Part shown: positions 9,868 through 19,711 of the stretch, in pieces
Position numbering within the stretch: position 1 is the first letter of the stretch
Layout: every line of letters starts with the position of its first letter
NCBI GenBank assembly: GCA_963666985.2
Contig: CAXXIA010000002.1
Span: 64,001-128,000 of the forward strand
DNA: 64,000 bases
From: Spirochaetia bacterium
GTDB taxonomy: Bacteria > Spirochaetota > Spirochaetia > DSM-2461
Direction: 5' to 3'
The notes under the pieces: generated by a model
The model's database searches: none
Told to the model about the DNA's origin: nothing
The model's input: the letters and a program-made list of their open reading frames with translations, nothing else
Made by a program: the position numbers and the translations under genes

Positions 9868-12003
9868 ATGAAAATCAATTTGAAACTCTTTTTAATTGAG
9901 ATTTTCTTAAGCGTGATTTTTTTTCTCACCGTGCTTTTCTCCATCACCTCTTTCATGAAATACATCGCTGTTGAAAATCTGAGAATTAAAATCGCAACAT
10001 TGGAGGACTCCGCGGCTCGGCTGCGGTTCTCCATTACCGAAATGACAACCACCGCACAGAGTTCCTCTTATCTCGTGCTGGAACACAACCTGTACATGAC
10101 GGAGATGGCGAACAACATCGATCAAATCGAAGAAGATAAGATTTTCGCGAAACTTTCTCAAGCTACGAAAGATTCGATTTCCAACGTCCGTGATAATTTC
10201 GAAAAGCTCGGAACGTTTCTTCCCGAAAAGGAAATGACCTCCCTCCTTGAACTCCGGTCCGTTTCGCCTTATCCCGATGAGCTCTCCCTTTCCGCGTTAA
10301 CCATACTTCTCAGGGAAACATCGGGGAGTAGCGAAGACTCCGTCACGGCATTGGAAGAGGCCATGCAAAGCTTCTGGAAATACAGTCAGAGATCCCAGTT
10401 CTTTGAAAAACTTCAAAGTCAGGCTTTGAGCATCATGCACGATGACATCGCGCATTACCAATCCAGTTTCTTTGCCCAGGCGATCATCATTCCGCTGATT
10501 ATTCTGGGCGTATCTCTCGTCGGCATCATTTTATTCGGCAACTTCCTCAGCCGACGGCTGAAAATACTGGATACCGCGCTGATTGAGGTTGCCGGCGGCA
10601 ACTTCGATATTCGCGTTGAAATGAACAGTAAAGATGAATTCAATTCCCTGGCGTCGAGCATCAATGCGTTCACGCGAACCCTGGGCGCCAAACTTGAATC
10701 TTTCCAGCTCATCATGCACGACATAGGTCAAACGCTGGAATCAAGCGTCGATTCCACCCAGGTGGAAGAAACCATCCTTAAACTGACGACTCGGGATTCC
10801 ATCGCGGACGGCGCGGCGCTCTATAAAGTCGGCGGCGAATCGGGGGAACTCGTTCTCTCGATGATTCACGGATCATTCCGTCCTCCCTTTATCATCACGG
10901 ACCTGCCCGAGTCTCCCGGCGAAGAAGACATCGAAGCCATCTTACGATCAAGAATTATCCAGCCGGGGGTAACGATTCTCGGCGAATCCGCCGTTAAAGG
11001 TCTGCCGATTCTCATCCGCGATGTTGAAAATGAACAAGAACTGGAATGGAAACGGCCTCTCGGAGACAGCCTCTATCTTTCATCCATTATCGTCGTGCCC
11101 CTCCAGGTCGGATCAACGGTTTCCGGAGTTCTCGCCATCACCTCCTCCAATCCGGAGCGGCATTTCAGCGACCTGGAATTCGCCAACATGCAGTCCTTCG
11201 CCGAACTTGCCGCCATTACAATGGACAACATCTATAAATACGCCGACCTCCTGGAGGCCACTCAGCTGAACAGAGAGCTGGGCATAGCCGAGGAAATCCA
11301 GCAGGATCTTCTGCCCAAGAGACTCCCCAGAATACAGGGAGGAAGCGCCGCGTATCTTTCAAGGAGCATTAAAGGACTCAACGGAGACTATTTCGACGTC
11401 TATCCCCTGGGCGGCGGGAAAACGATGATTACAATCTGCGAAGTGGCCGGACGCGGAGTTCCCGCCGGTCTGGTCATGGTTATGATTCGGACAATTCTCC
11501 GTCTTGTAACAACCTCCGACAAAGACGCGAAAACCATCATGACTCTTTTGAACCGGGATATGACCCGCCGTATCGCCATTGAGAATTACGCCAGCGTCGG
11601 AATCCTGATCATTGACTCGCAAGGCCGATTCACCTTCTCGTCGGCGGCCCACTACCCCCTGCAGATTCATCGAAACGCGACATCAACGTATGAAGCCGTT
11701 CAAACGGAGGGCATCCCGGTGGGCATCGATAAGGCCGCCGAATACCGGCAGGCCGAAGGCAGCCTTCATCCGAACGACATCGTTATCTTTCATACGGACG
11801 GGATTCCCGAATCCCGAAACAGAAACGGTACGGCTTTCGGAATTGACAGCCTGCTTGAAATCATAAGCACACAGTCTTCCAAGGAACCCGAAGACATCAT
11901 CGAAACCTTAAGGGGCGAATTGGAGTTTTTCGAAAGGGGCACCGAGCAGAAAGACGATCAGACGGTCATTATTCTGAAATTCAAAGGGGAGAGCGCCGCA
12001 TGA
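9868..12003 (+). CDS. Membrane HAMP-GAF-PP2C (SpoIIE/RsbU-like) phosphatase family protein
   Basis: Two TM segments, HAMP (DEFNSLA), GAF (IVVPL...GVLAI), ELGIAEEIQQDLLP, GDYFD, CEVAGRG, TDG, DDQT. Confidence 0.9.
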   Translation: MKINLKLFLIEIFLSVIFFLTVLFSITSFMKYIAVENLRIKIATLEDSAARLRFSITEMTTTAQSSSYLVLEHNLYMTEMANNIDQIEEDKIFAKLSQATKDSISNVRDNFEKLGTFLPEKEMTSLLELRSVSPYPDELSLSALTILLRETSGSSEDSVTALEEAMQSFWKYSQRSQFFEKLQSQALSIMHDDIAHYQSSFFAQAIIIPLIILGVSLVGIILFGNFLSRRLKILDTALIEVAGGNFDIRVEMNSKDEFNSLASSINAFTRTLGAKLESFQLIMHDIGQTLESSVDSTQVEETILKLTTRDSIADGAALYKVGGESGELVLSMIHGSFRPPFIITDLPESPGEEDIEAILRSRIIQPGVTILGESAVKGLPILIRDVENEQELEWKRPLGDSLYLSSIIVVPLQVGSTVSGVLAITSSNPERHFSDLEFANMQSFAELAAITMDNIYKYADLLEATQLNRELGIAEEIQQDLLPKRLPRIQGGSAAYLSRSIKGLNGDYFDVYPLGGGKTMITICEVAGRGVPAGLVMVMIRTILRLVTTSDKDAKTIMTLLNRDMTRRIAIENYASVGILIIDSQGRFTFSSAAHYPLQIHRNATSTYEAVQTEGIPVGIDKAAEYRQAEGSLHPNDIVIFHTDGIPESRNRNGTAFGIDSLLEIISTQSSKEPEDIIETLRGELEFFERGTEQKDDQTVIILKFKGESAA

Positions 12004-14117
12004 GAATCCGTACGAAATTCACCCTGCTTCAGCTCTTCATCGTCACGGGCTTTTTGGGCTCCATGGCATTCATATCGATCCGTTTCCCGCAAGCTTATCA
12101 TTTAAAACAGCTGGAACTGCAGAGTGTTGAGCTGTCGACGGAGTTGACGGCTTTTGAAAAGAAAACATCTCTTTTCGCAGGCAGACCGATGACGCTCAGC
12201 CTTCTGTGGAGCGACTGGATGACGACTTACCAGCGCGTCGATCATTTATACATCCAGACGCTCAACAATCCGTACAACCGATTTCTGGGGAAAACGGCCG
12301 TAATGAGGGCGCAAGCCCGCCTGGAGGCCTGGGACACAATAAAAACATCGGAAATAAAGCCTCTGATAGAATCATTCGAATCCCTTCTCAAGGAAGAGGT
12401 CACCCTCTTCGCCGACGATATGGGAATCAAGACCTCCCGCAGGCTTATCGAAATCGCCGAAGGCGGTTCCACTGAGGATTCCGAGAAGCTTGCCGAATTG
12501 GAAAACCGATTTCGAAATCTTCGGGAATCTCTTGTTTCCAGTATCTTGATGCCGACCGAATCCTTCATTTCCGACCTTCAAGTTCGGGTGGCGCAAGTAA
12601 CAGACCCTCTCGTTTTTACGGCTATTATCATCGCCGTCATCATCCAAACAGGCGGTGCGTTCTTCAGTCTCCGATTCTCAAAACGATTCAGCCGAAACAT
12701 CATCTTAATGGAACGGAATCTCGCCCGGGTTGCACACGGCAATTTCGATGTGAACCTTGAAATCCAATCCGGAGATGAATTCGAACAAATTTCCCGGCAC
12801 TTCAACCTCCTGGCGAACGATCTCTGGACGCGGCTCGATTCCATGAAGGATATGATGCGCGACATCGGAACGTCCGCCGGGGAAACCACGGACATGGATC
12901 AGCTCGAAGAATTCATGCTGGAGCTGGCCATCGACAATACCGGCGCCGATGCGGGAATGCTTATGGATGTCGTGGACGGCATGCTGGTTCCGAATAAGAG
13001 TCAAGGTTATTTCCCGCCGCCCATGTCGCTTCCGCCCATGGTTACCAGCAAACGGGAATATGTTACCGAGTGGTTCAAATCCCATAAAATCGCTCCGGGG
13101 GAAGGTCTCCTCGGACAAATCATGACATCCGGCGAATCAAAATTCATCAGAAGCAATACCGGAAAGGAACTTCCGGACAACGCGAATCCCGAATCGGATC
13201 TCTTTATCAACTCGGCCATTTTCATCCCCTTAAAAATCTCCGGTATTACCGGCGGCATTCTTGCCTTGGCGCTGATCGATAAGGAGGCCGTCTTCACCGA
13301 TCTGGACTACTCCTACATGCGCTCGTACGGTGAGTTCATCTCGATGACAATGGACAACATGCAGAAATACTTCGAATTGATGCGAAGTCAGCAGATCAAC
13401 AGAGAAATCGAAGTGGCCGCGGATATTCAAAAAACCCTTTTGCCTGAAAAGATGCCGATTATCGCCGGAGCCGAAGTTGCCGCGTTCAGCGATGCGGCCA
13501 AGGGAGTGAGCGGTGATTATTACGACGTATTCTCACTGGGAGACGGAAAAACGGCGCTGATTATCTGTGACGTGGCGGGTAAAGGAGTTCCCGCTTCTCT
13601 GCTGATGATTATGATCCGAACCATCATCCGCTCCATCAGCTCGCCTGAAAAACGATCGGATATAATCCTTTCCGAATTGAATCGGGCCATCTCCGGGCGC
13701 ATGGGTTCCGACCGATTCGCCACAATATCGTTTGCCGTTTTCGATGCGAAAAAAGGCATCGTCTCCTACTCAAACGGCGCCCATCACCCGCTCTATATCC
13801 TCCGCGGGGATTCCGGCCGCTACAGAATGTTCGATACGGACGGATTGCCTCTGGGAATCGATATCAACGCATCGTTCGGTCATAAAATGATTCAGGTGAA
13901 AAAGAACGACTATCTGATTTTCTTCACTGACGGACTGCCCGAAGCGCGCAGTTCCGAAGGCGAAGAGCTTGGAACCGAACGGCTGCTTCGGTATATCGCC
14001 CGCTTCGCGGATCAGACGCCCCGTGAAATGGCCAGGCGGGTTCAGGATTTCATCGATGACTTTACCTCGGGAGTTCAGCACGACGATCAAACGTTTCTGG
14101 CGCTGAAGGTAAGCTGA
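12000..14117 (+). CDS. Membrane HAMP-GAF-PP2C (SpoIIE/RsbU-like) phosphatase
   Basis: Same architecture with intact motifs GDYYD, CDVAGKG, FTDGLPE, HDDQT. ATGA overlap with the upstream paralogue. Confidence 0.92.
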   Translation: MRIRTKFTLLQLFIVTGFLGSMAFISIRFPQAYHLKQLELQSVELSTELTAFEKKTSLFAGRPMTLSLLWSDWMTTYQRVDHLYIQTLNNPYNRFLGKTAVMRAQARLEAWDTIKTSEIKPLIESFESLLKEEVTLFADDMGIKTSRRLIEIAEGGSTEDSEKLAELENRFRNLRESLVSSILMPTESFISDLQVRVAQVTDPLVFTAIIIAVIIQTGGAFFSLRFSKRFSRNIILMERNLARVAHGNFDVNLEIQSGDEFEQISRHFNLLANDLWTRLDSMKDMMRDIGTSAGETTDMDQLEEFMLELAIDNTGADAGMLMDVVDGMLVPNKSQGYFPPPMSLPPMVTSKREYVTEWFKSHKIAPGEGLLGQIMTSGESKFIRSNTGKELPDNANPESDLFINSAIFIPLKISGITGGILALALIDKEAVFTDLDYSYMRSYGEFISMTMDNMQKYFELMRSQQINREIEVAADIQKTLLPEKMPIIAGAEVAAFSDAAKGVSGDYYDVFSLGDGKTALIICDVAGKGVPASLLMIMIRTIIRSISSPEKRSDIILSELNRAISGRMGSDRFATISFAVFDAKKGIVSYSNGAHHPLYILRGDSGRYRMFDTDGLPLGIDINASFGHKMIQVKKNDYLIFFTDGLPEARSSEGEELGTERLLRYIARFADQTPREMARRVQDFIDDFTSGVQHDDQTFLALKVS

Positions 14118-14120
14118 AAG

Positions 14121-14191
14121 AACCGGTTCGGCGGCGGCGGTGAACAGCGAGCCCAAACAGCTGTTCGGCAACGGCGAATAGCGAGCCCAAA
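14121..14191. repeat. Two imperfect copies (34-nt period) of a hairpin repeat ending in AGCGAGCCCAAA, between convergent genes
   Basis: GCGAGCCCAAA at 14147 and 14181. Copy 2, AACAGCTGTTCG-GCAACGG-CGAATAGCGAGCC, matches the units at 59012-59081. Confidence 0.7.
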
Positions 14192-14219
14192 GGCCGAAGC
14201 CCACGGCCGTTCGGCATGC

Positions 14220-14929
14220 TTACGTGTTCAAAGTCCTCTCTTCCAATTCTGAAGTCTGCAAATCAAGCCATTGCAGCTCATTGGACGTAAGCCGGATTTG
14301 CAGGGCCGCGGCATTTTCTTCCAGCCGCGCCGATGTTCGGCAGCCGACAATAGGAAACGTGTTTACGTTCTGGTTGAGAAGCCAAGCCAAAGCGATTTGC
14401 GCGGTGCCGTATCCCTTTTTTCCCGCCAGATACTCGACTTTTTTCAGCCGTTCGAAATTTCGGGGATGGCAATAACCCAGTACCGCGGGCCGGTCGAAAA
14501 ACCGTGAAGCCTCCGCCGATTCCGAACTCTTCATTTTCCCCGACAGCAACCCTCGGGCAAGACTCGAATAAGCAAAAACCGACATATTCCGTTCGGCATA
14601 CCATTCCCTGACCTTTTCATTTTCCGCTCCCGAGATGGACAGACAGCCTCCTCCCCAAGGATCTTGAATCTGTTCCGCCATGCATTGGGATGGGCTCCTT
14701 TGGTAATAATCACGACCTTATGGCGTAAGTTTCTCTTTTGAACCCACACTCCGAGGTTTGCTTCCATCATGCCGTATTGAACGGCCGTATCGAATGTATT
14801 AACGCCTTTCTCAAAAATCTCATCCAGCAACTTCTCGGCCGTTTCCGGATTCTCCATTTCCGGAACCGCCGTCCCCATGATTAAACGCGATACGGGTTTT
14901 TCGACATAAGGGATACGGGAATACTCCAT
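14220..14929 (-). pseudogene. Aldo/keto reductase with internal deletion and frameshift
   Basis: The N-part (SRLIMGT, FDTAVQYG, IITKGAHP) and C-part (FAYSSLARGLLSG, AQIALAWLL, PIVG) lie in different frames meeting at 14670-14680. The central LH and G.SN strands of the barrel are absent. Confidence 0.85.
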
Positions 14930-14934
14930 TGCTT

Positions 14935-16442
14935 TTAGAACCGCTGGCGTGAGGCGGCACCGCTGCGGCCCAAATCCTTGTGAATCTCTTCAAGCGACCG
15001 ATAGAGACGTTCATAAATCTCATGTTTTTCTCTATAAACGGCATGCCGGGCCGCATTCGGTTCAAAACGACGATCCGGATGCACGAACAGATCGGCGGCT
15101 TCTTTCGCCGAGGAAAAAATCCCTGTGGCGATGCCGGCGAGCATGGCGGCGCCGAGAACGCCCGCTTCGGTGATTTGGGGCCGAATGATGGGAATCCCGA
15201 AAATATCGGCTCGAATCTGCAGTGCTGCATCCGATTTGGAACCGCCTCCCGACGCGATGAATTCGGCGGTGTCCATTCCCATGCCGCGAATATCATCCAC
15301 GGCCCGTACGAAATAAAAGGCCGCGGATTCCTGAACGGCTTTCAAGATTTCACCTCGGGTTGTATCCGTTTTCAGACCGACAAGAGCACCCGCCGTACCG
15401 GGGATATGACGCGGCCATTGCGGAGGATCGAAAAGAGGAAGAGCCAAAAGCCGAGTCGGATTCTCCGGCATTTCCGCATCCAGTTCTTCATACGGCGTTT
15501 GGGGCGTCGCGAATGTATCGCGAACCACTTCACCAATAAACCGGCCTGGTTATAAAGAAAGGACACGTAAAGATCCGGAAGAACATGATGTTCGATATTC
15601 AAACCGTGAGAAAGCATCGGAGAAGAATCTTTCGGTTTGCGAAAAATCGGCGTAATGCAGTCATAAGAGCCCATTCCGTAAACGGCCCGATCCGCCGAAA
15701 TACCGCCGCAGCCCAAAGCGTTGCAGCATTGATCATGACCGCCCGCCACGATTACGGCTCCGCGGGGAAGTCCGAGTTCCAAAGACGCTTCTTGAGAGAC
15801 CGATCCGATAACGGTTCCTCCGGGCACGATCGGAGCAAGCTTTTCCCGGGGAATCCCGCTCCATGCCAAAAGCTCGTCCGACCAATCATTGGAATCAAGA
15901 TTGAAGAGCAGGGTTCGATTGGCGTGAGAATTGTTTGTAACGGGTTCGCTTCCCAGCATAAAAGCGACGAAATCCGACCAAAGCAGAAAAAAATCGGCTT
16001 CCCGGTAAACATGAGATCGGTGTTCCTTCAGCCACAGAAGCTTCGGCAGAGAGAAATTCGGACCGGCCGGATTCGGGTTGATTCTAAACAGCTTCTCTTC
16101 ACCGAAATCCTCCAGAAGGCGCCGAACATGTTCCCCGCCTCGGCCGTCGACGCAGAGAATACTGCTGTCCAGAATCCGCCTGCCGCGTGTAACGGGTACG
16201 AATGTTTCACCAAAAGAACTGACGCACAGCGCCGTTACCTTATCGCGTTCCGCATGCGAAACAGCCTCGGTGATAACGTCCTTGGTCTTCGACCAAACCG
16301 CCGAAGTATCGAGTTCGGACCACCCGGCTCTCGGATGGAACATGTTATATTCCCGGTACGATTGAGAAAGGCGGATTCCGTCCGATGAGAAAACCCCGGC
16401 TTTGCACCCCGTCGTGCCGATATCGATTCCCAGAAGACTCAT
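14935..16442 (-). pseudogene. FGGY-family carbohydrate kinase (xylulokinase-like), frameshifted
   Basis: LLGIDIGTTGCK and GGHDQ in ORF 15372-16442; SGGGSKS, RADIFG and EAGVLGAA in ORF 14935-15528. Adding 1 nt in TGGTTCGCGAT (about 15523) restores KWFRDTF. Could be a sequencing error. Confidence 0.85.
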
Positions 16443-17845
16443 AGAACCGTAAGCTCGTATCCCAAATAATTCACGAAGGCCTCTTGAACGGCAAACGCCA
16501 CGTTTCCGGCCGTAACTCCGACATGGTGCCGATATCCGCTATGCCCGATGAATTCGAGAATATCCTGGAGCTTTTCGATCCGCGCAACGCCGGCGCATCC
16601 GAAAAAATCGTCCGGAATCGGATCCGGCGTGAATTCGCCTTCACCGAGATAACACTGCAATTTTCCGCCGGCGGTTTTAAAGCTGGAAAACGTCATGGGC
16701 GTCGGAGCGATGCGTCCCGTGTTGCAGCCCCAGCCGCACCCCGGTCCCAGCGACTTGGCGAACATGGGGTGGTCGATCACGTGTCCTTTAGCACTCATCA
16801 GCCCCTGAGGGACCGGTCCGCAGTGGAACAGGATGCACTTATCAGCCTCGTCTCCGTAGTTGTTGTTCCAATCAAGACAAGTCGCCGGACGCTGTGAGGC
16901 CAGATGCAGGGCGTACATCGAAACGGCGTTGCAGACATCCAGTTCGCAAGCCGCGACAATGCCCCTCTCATTCAGCTCACTCAGGATAACGCAGGGAGAA
17001 ACGCCCAGTTCCTTCTCGATTTCAATCCAGCAGCGGAACGCCAGGCAGTCCAGACCGTATTCTTCGACAATATCGTCGATAACAACACCGAGCTTCGAGA
17101 GCATTTCGAATTTCCCGTCGGGAACACCGTCCCAATTCGTATATCCTTCCAGTTTCTCGGCTTTGGCTTTGTACTTCTCTCCGGCGCTTTTTACATCCCG
17201 GACACGCCGGAACACTTCGGAAAGATCGAGTGTTTCGGTGGTAATCCCGAAACTCTGAAGCGCCAATTCGTCGAATCGAACCGTTTTGAAGGCCGTCGTC
17301 CTCGCGCCGACGGCGCCCACGGTCATCCGTTTCATCCCGCCGGCGACACGGCAGACCGCCGCAAACCGGCGAATATGTTCCTCGAATAAGGCGTTTTTCG
17401 GCGATACGGTATGCGGCTGAAACGTGGTGAACGGCAGACCGTACTGGCAAAAAACATCCATAATGGAAAACTTTCCGCAAAACGCGTCCCGGCGGTCTTC
17501 GAATCCCATCTTCCCGTATTCATCGGGATAAGCCTGGATTAAAATCGGCACGCCGCAGTCCTTCAAAGCGGCGACGGCGCCGTTTTCATCGCCGAAATTC
17601 GGCAAACAGAGAATCACACCGTCGTAGAGTCCTTCATGTTCTTTGAGAAACCGCGCGTATTTCCGACCTTCCTCGGCCGTTTCAACGGCGCCGAATCGCG
17701 TCATCGACTCATCCGCCGCCAGAGAGCCATATCCGAGACGCTCCAAAACAGCGTGCATTTCAGCTCTTGCCTCGGCGATTAATTTCTCCGGAAAGAAACC
17801 GCGATTTCCGAAATAAAGCGCGAAAGTCAGACCTTTTTGATTCAT
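16439..17845 (-). CDS. L-fucose/L-arabinose isomerase family protein
   Basis: LPNFGDE, RRDAFCGKFS, RCWIE, ACELD, FHCG, HH near the C-terminus; 468 aa. Confidence 0.85.
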   Translation of the reverse strand: MNQKGLTFALYFGNRGFFPEKLIAEARAEMHAVLERLGYGSLAADESMTRFGAVETAEEGRKYARFLKEHEGLYDGVILCLPNFGDENGAVAALKDCGVPILIQAYPDEYGKMGFEDRRDAFCGKFSIMDVFCQYGLPFTTFQPHTVSPKNALFEEHIRRFAAVCRVAGGMKRMTVGAVGARTTAFKTVRFDELALQSFGITTETLDLSEVFRRVRDVKSAGEKYKAKAEKLEGYTNWDGVPDGKFEMLSKLGVVIDDIVEEYGLDCLAFRCWIEIEKELGVSPCVILSELNERGIVAACELDVCNAVSMYALHLASQRPATCLDWNNNYGDEADKCILFHCGPVPQGLMSAKGHVIDHPMFAKSLGPGCGWGCNTGRIAPTPMTFSSFKTAGGKLQCYLGEGEFTPDPIPDDFFGCAGVARIEKLQDILEFIGHSGYRHHVGVTAGNVAFAVQEAFVNYLGYELTVL

Positions 17846-18759
17846 CGAACCTCCTCCGGGCTTAACATAACCGCCGAGCCCTCAACCTCAAGATCGTTTT
17901 GTATTACCGAGAGCACCGCCTCATACACGGCTTCTTGAGCCGCACGGACACCGTGTTCCAGCGCTTGTTCATACGGCTGACGGATGGCCGTGGCCACGTT
18001 GATTTTGGCAATACCGTTTTTAACGGCGTCCATGACATATTTTTTATGAATACCGCTTCCGCCATGCAGCACCAAGGGAACCTCCGCGGCGTTTCGGATT
18101 CGCGCCAGATGTTCGATATTCAGCCGGGCGGAGATTTTATCCAGTCTCCTGGCGGAAGCGGAAATGGCGCCGTGAATATTCCCGATGGCCACCGAAAGCC
18201 AATCGGTTCCGGTCAGCTCCACGAATCGTTTCGCTTCAAGCGGATCGGTAAAACCCGCGCCCGTGGCGAAAAGTTCGTCATAGGGCGGCGGCGGGCCGCT
18301 TTCATGCCCCATTACGGCACCCAATTCCGCCTCCACAGGAACGTCGGCCGCATGGGCGGCTTTGACGACTTCCGCCGTACAGCGGATATTCTCTTCCAGG
18401 GGCAGACGCGAACCGTCGATCATCACCGACTCATACCCCAAGCCGAGGGCCCGTTCGATAATCTCCATATAATCCACTCTCAGACCGTCCTCATCCACAA
18501 CGGGCACATGATCCAGGTGAAGCCGCGTGTAGCGAACATCCTTGTACTTTTCGTATTCTTCCCTGAGGGCTTTTGGACTTCCCGTTTCGAACTTCACCCA
18601 TTCAAGACGGGCGGCCGTTATCAGGCCGAAACTGCCGGTGTTCTTCAGCGCTTCGACGACGGGCTTCATCATCGGGAGGTAGGGAATGTTGAAGGAAGGA
18701 ACGGCGATTCCCGAAGAGAACGCCCGTTCGATTATTTGGCGTGTTGATGCATAAGACAT
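17842..18759 (-). CDS. Class II fructose/tagatose-bisphosphate aldolase family
   Basis: HLDH, SVMIDGS, VEAELG, IGNIHG, LVLHGGSG, KINV. Confidence 0.93.
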   Translation of the reverse strand: MSYASTRQIIERAFSSGIAVPSFNIPYLPMMKPVVEALKNTGSFGLITAARLEWVKFETGSPKALREEYEKYKDVRYTRLHLDHVPVVDEDGLRVDYMEIIERALGLGYESVMIDGSRLPLEENIRCTAEVVKAAHAADVPVEAELGAVMGHESGPPPPYDELFATGAGFTDPLEAKRFVELTGTDWLSVAIGNIHGAISASARRLDKISARLNIEHLARIRNAAEVPLVLHGGSGIHKKYVMDAVKNGIAKINVATAIRQPYEQALEHGVRAAQEAVYEAVLSVIQNDLEVEGSAVMLSPEEVR

Positions 18760-18853
18760 GCATCACATAATGAGACACGCTTTGCGGTCCGGGAATGGAC
18801 GAGAACGCTCATTCATGTAAAATACTGCACGTTAAGACACATGGAGACTTTTT

Positions 18854-19654
18854 ATGGTCCGATATGCCCTCGCCGCACGGGAAATGAACGACGTCATGGC
18901 GCGTCTTCGAAGGCTCTTCGATATTCGAATCACTTTTTTCGACATGCAGGGAATCGAAGCGGTGGATTTTCCGATTAAGCCCATGTCTCGGTTTTGTTCG
19001 GTGTTCAGAAAAAATAAAAAGCATAACGCCTTATGCGCCGCGTGCGACAAACGCCACCTGGAAGAAGCGAAACGGTCACGGGAAATGCATTTCTACCACT
19101 GTCACATGGGTCTTATCGAAGGGATTGTGCCTCTTTACGATCGCCGGAACTTCTATTTGGGTGCCATAGCCTTCGGTCAGCTGAGAGATCCGAACCATAC
19201 GCCTCCTCTGGAACTCCCGAACGGATTGAAGGCCTTATACAATCGCCTTCCGCCCTATTCCCGGGAAGAAGCCGAAGACATCGGATATGTTCTCAAATGC
19301 GTAAGCGAATCCATTATCGAGAAGGAACTGATTCGGGTACGGAACAAGCTCTGGGCGGAAAAACTGGAACGTTTTTGCGAAGAGCATCTTCATGAAAAGG
19401 TTACCGTCGCCCGTATGGCCCGGGCCGTCGGCCGCTCGGAATCGTTCGTGGCGCATCACTTTTTCGCCGAATTCGGAAAAACACCGCGGCAATATCTGCT
19501 GGCCCGGCGAATGGAAGAAGCGAAAATCATGCTGGGAAGCGGAATGACCGTTCAAGACGCGGCCGAACGCCTGGGTTTCTGCGACGCATTCCATTTCTCC
19601 CGAACGTTTAAGAGGTATTGGAAAACGACTCCGAGCGCCTGCCGTCAGGGCTGA
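18854..19654 (+). CDS. AraC-family regulator with PocR-type ligand-binding domain
   Basis: FC...C..CD...YHCHMGL PocR pattern; C-terminal AraC HTH (LGFCDAFHFSRTFK). Divergent from the aldolase operon. Confidence 0.9.
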   Translation: MVRYALAAREMNDVMARLRRLFDIRITFFDMQGIEAVDFPIKPMSRFCSVFRKNKKHNALCAACDKRHLEEAKRSREMHFYHCHMGLIEGIVPLYDRRNFYLGAIAFGQLRDPNHTPPLELPNGLKALYNRLPPYSREEAEDIGYVLKCVSESIIEKELIRVRNKLWAEKLERFCEEHLHEKVTVARMARAVGRSESFVAHHFFAEFGKTPRQYLLARRMEEAKIMLGSGMTVQDAAERLGFCDAFHFSRTFKRYWKTTPSACRQG

Positions 19655-19711
19655 AAAAAAGCTCGCGATTCGCGGATGCGGCGAAAGCCGCGGCGGCCGC
19701 TCTTAAGCGGT

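Noticed and set aside
15517..15527. Programmed frameshift in the FGGY kinase
   Set aside because: No slippery run or stimulatory signal seen; a simple 1-nt deletion or sequencing error is more likely.
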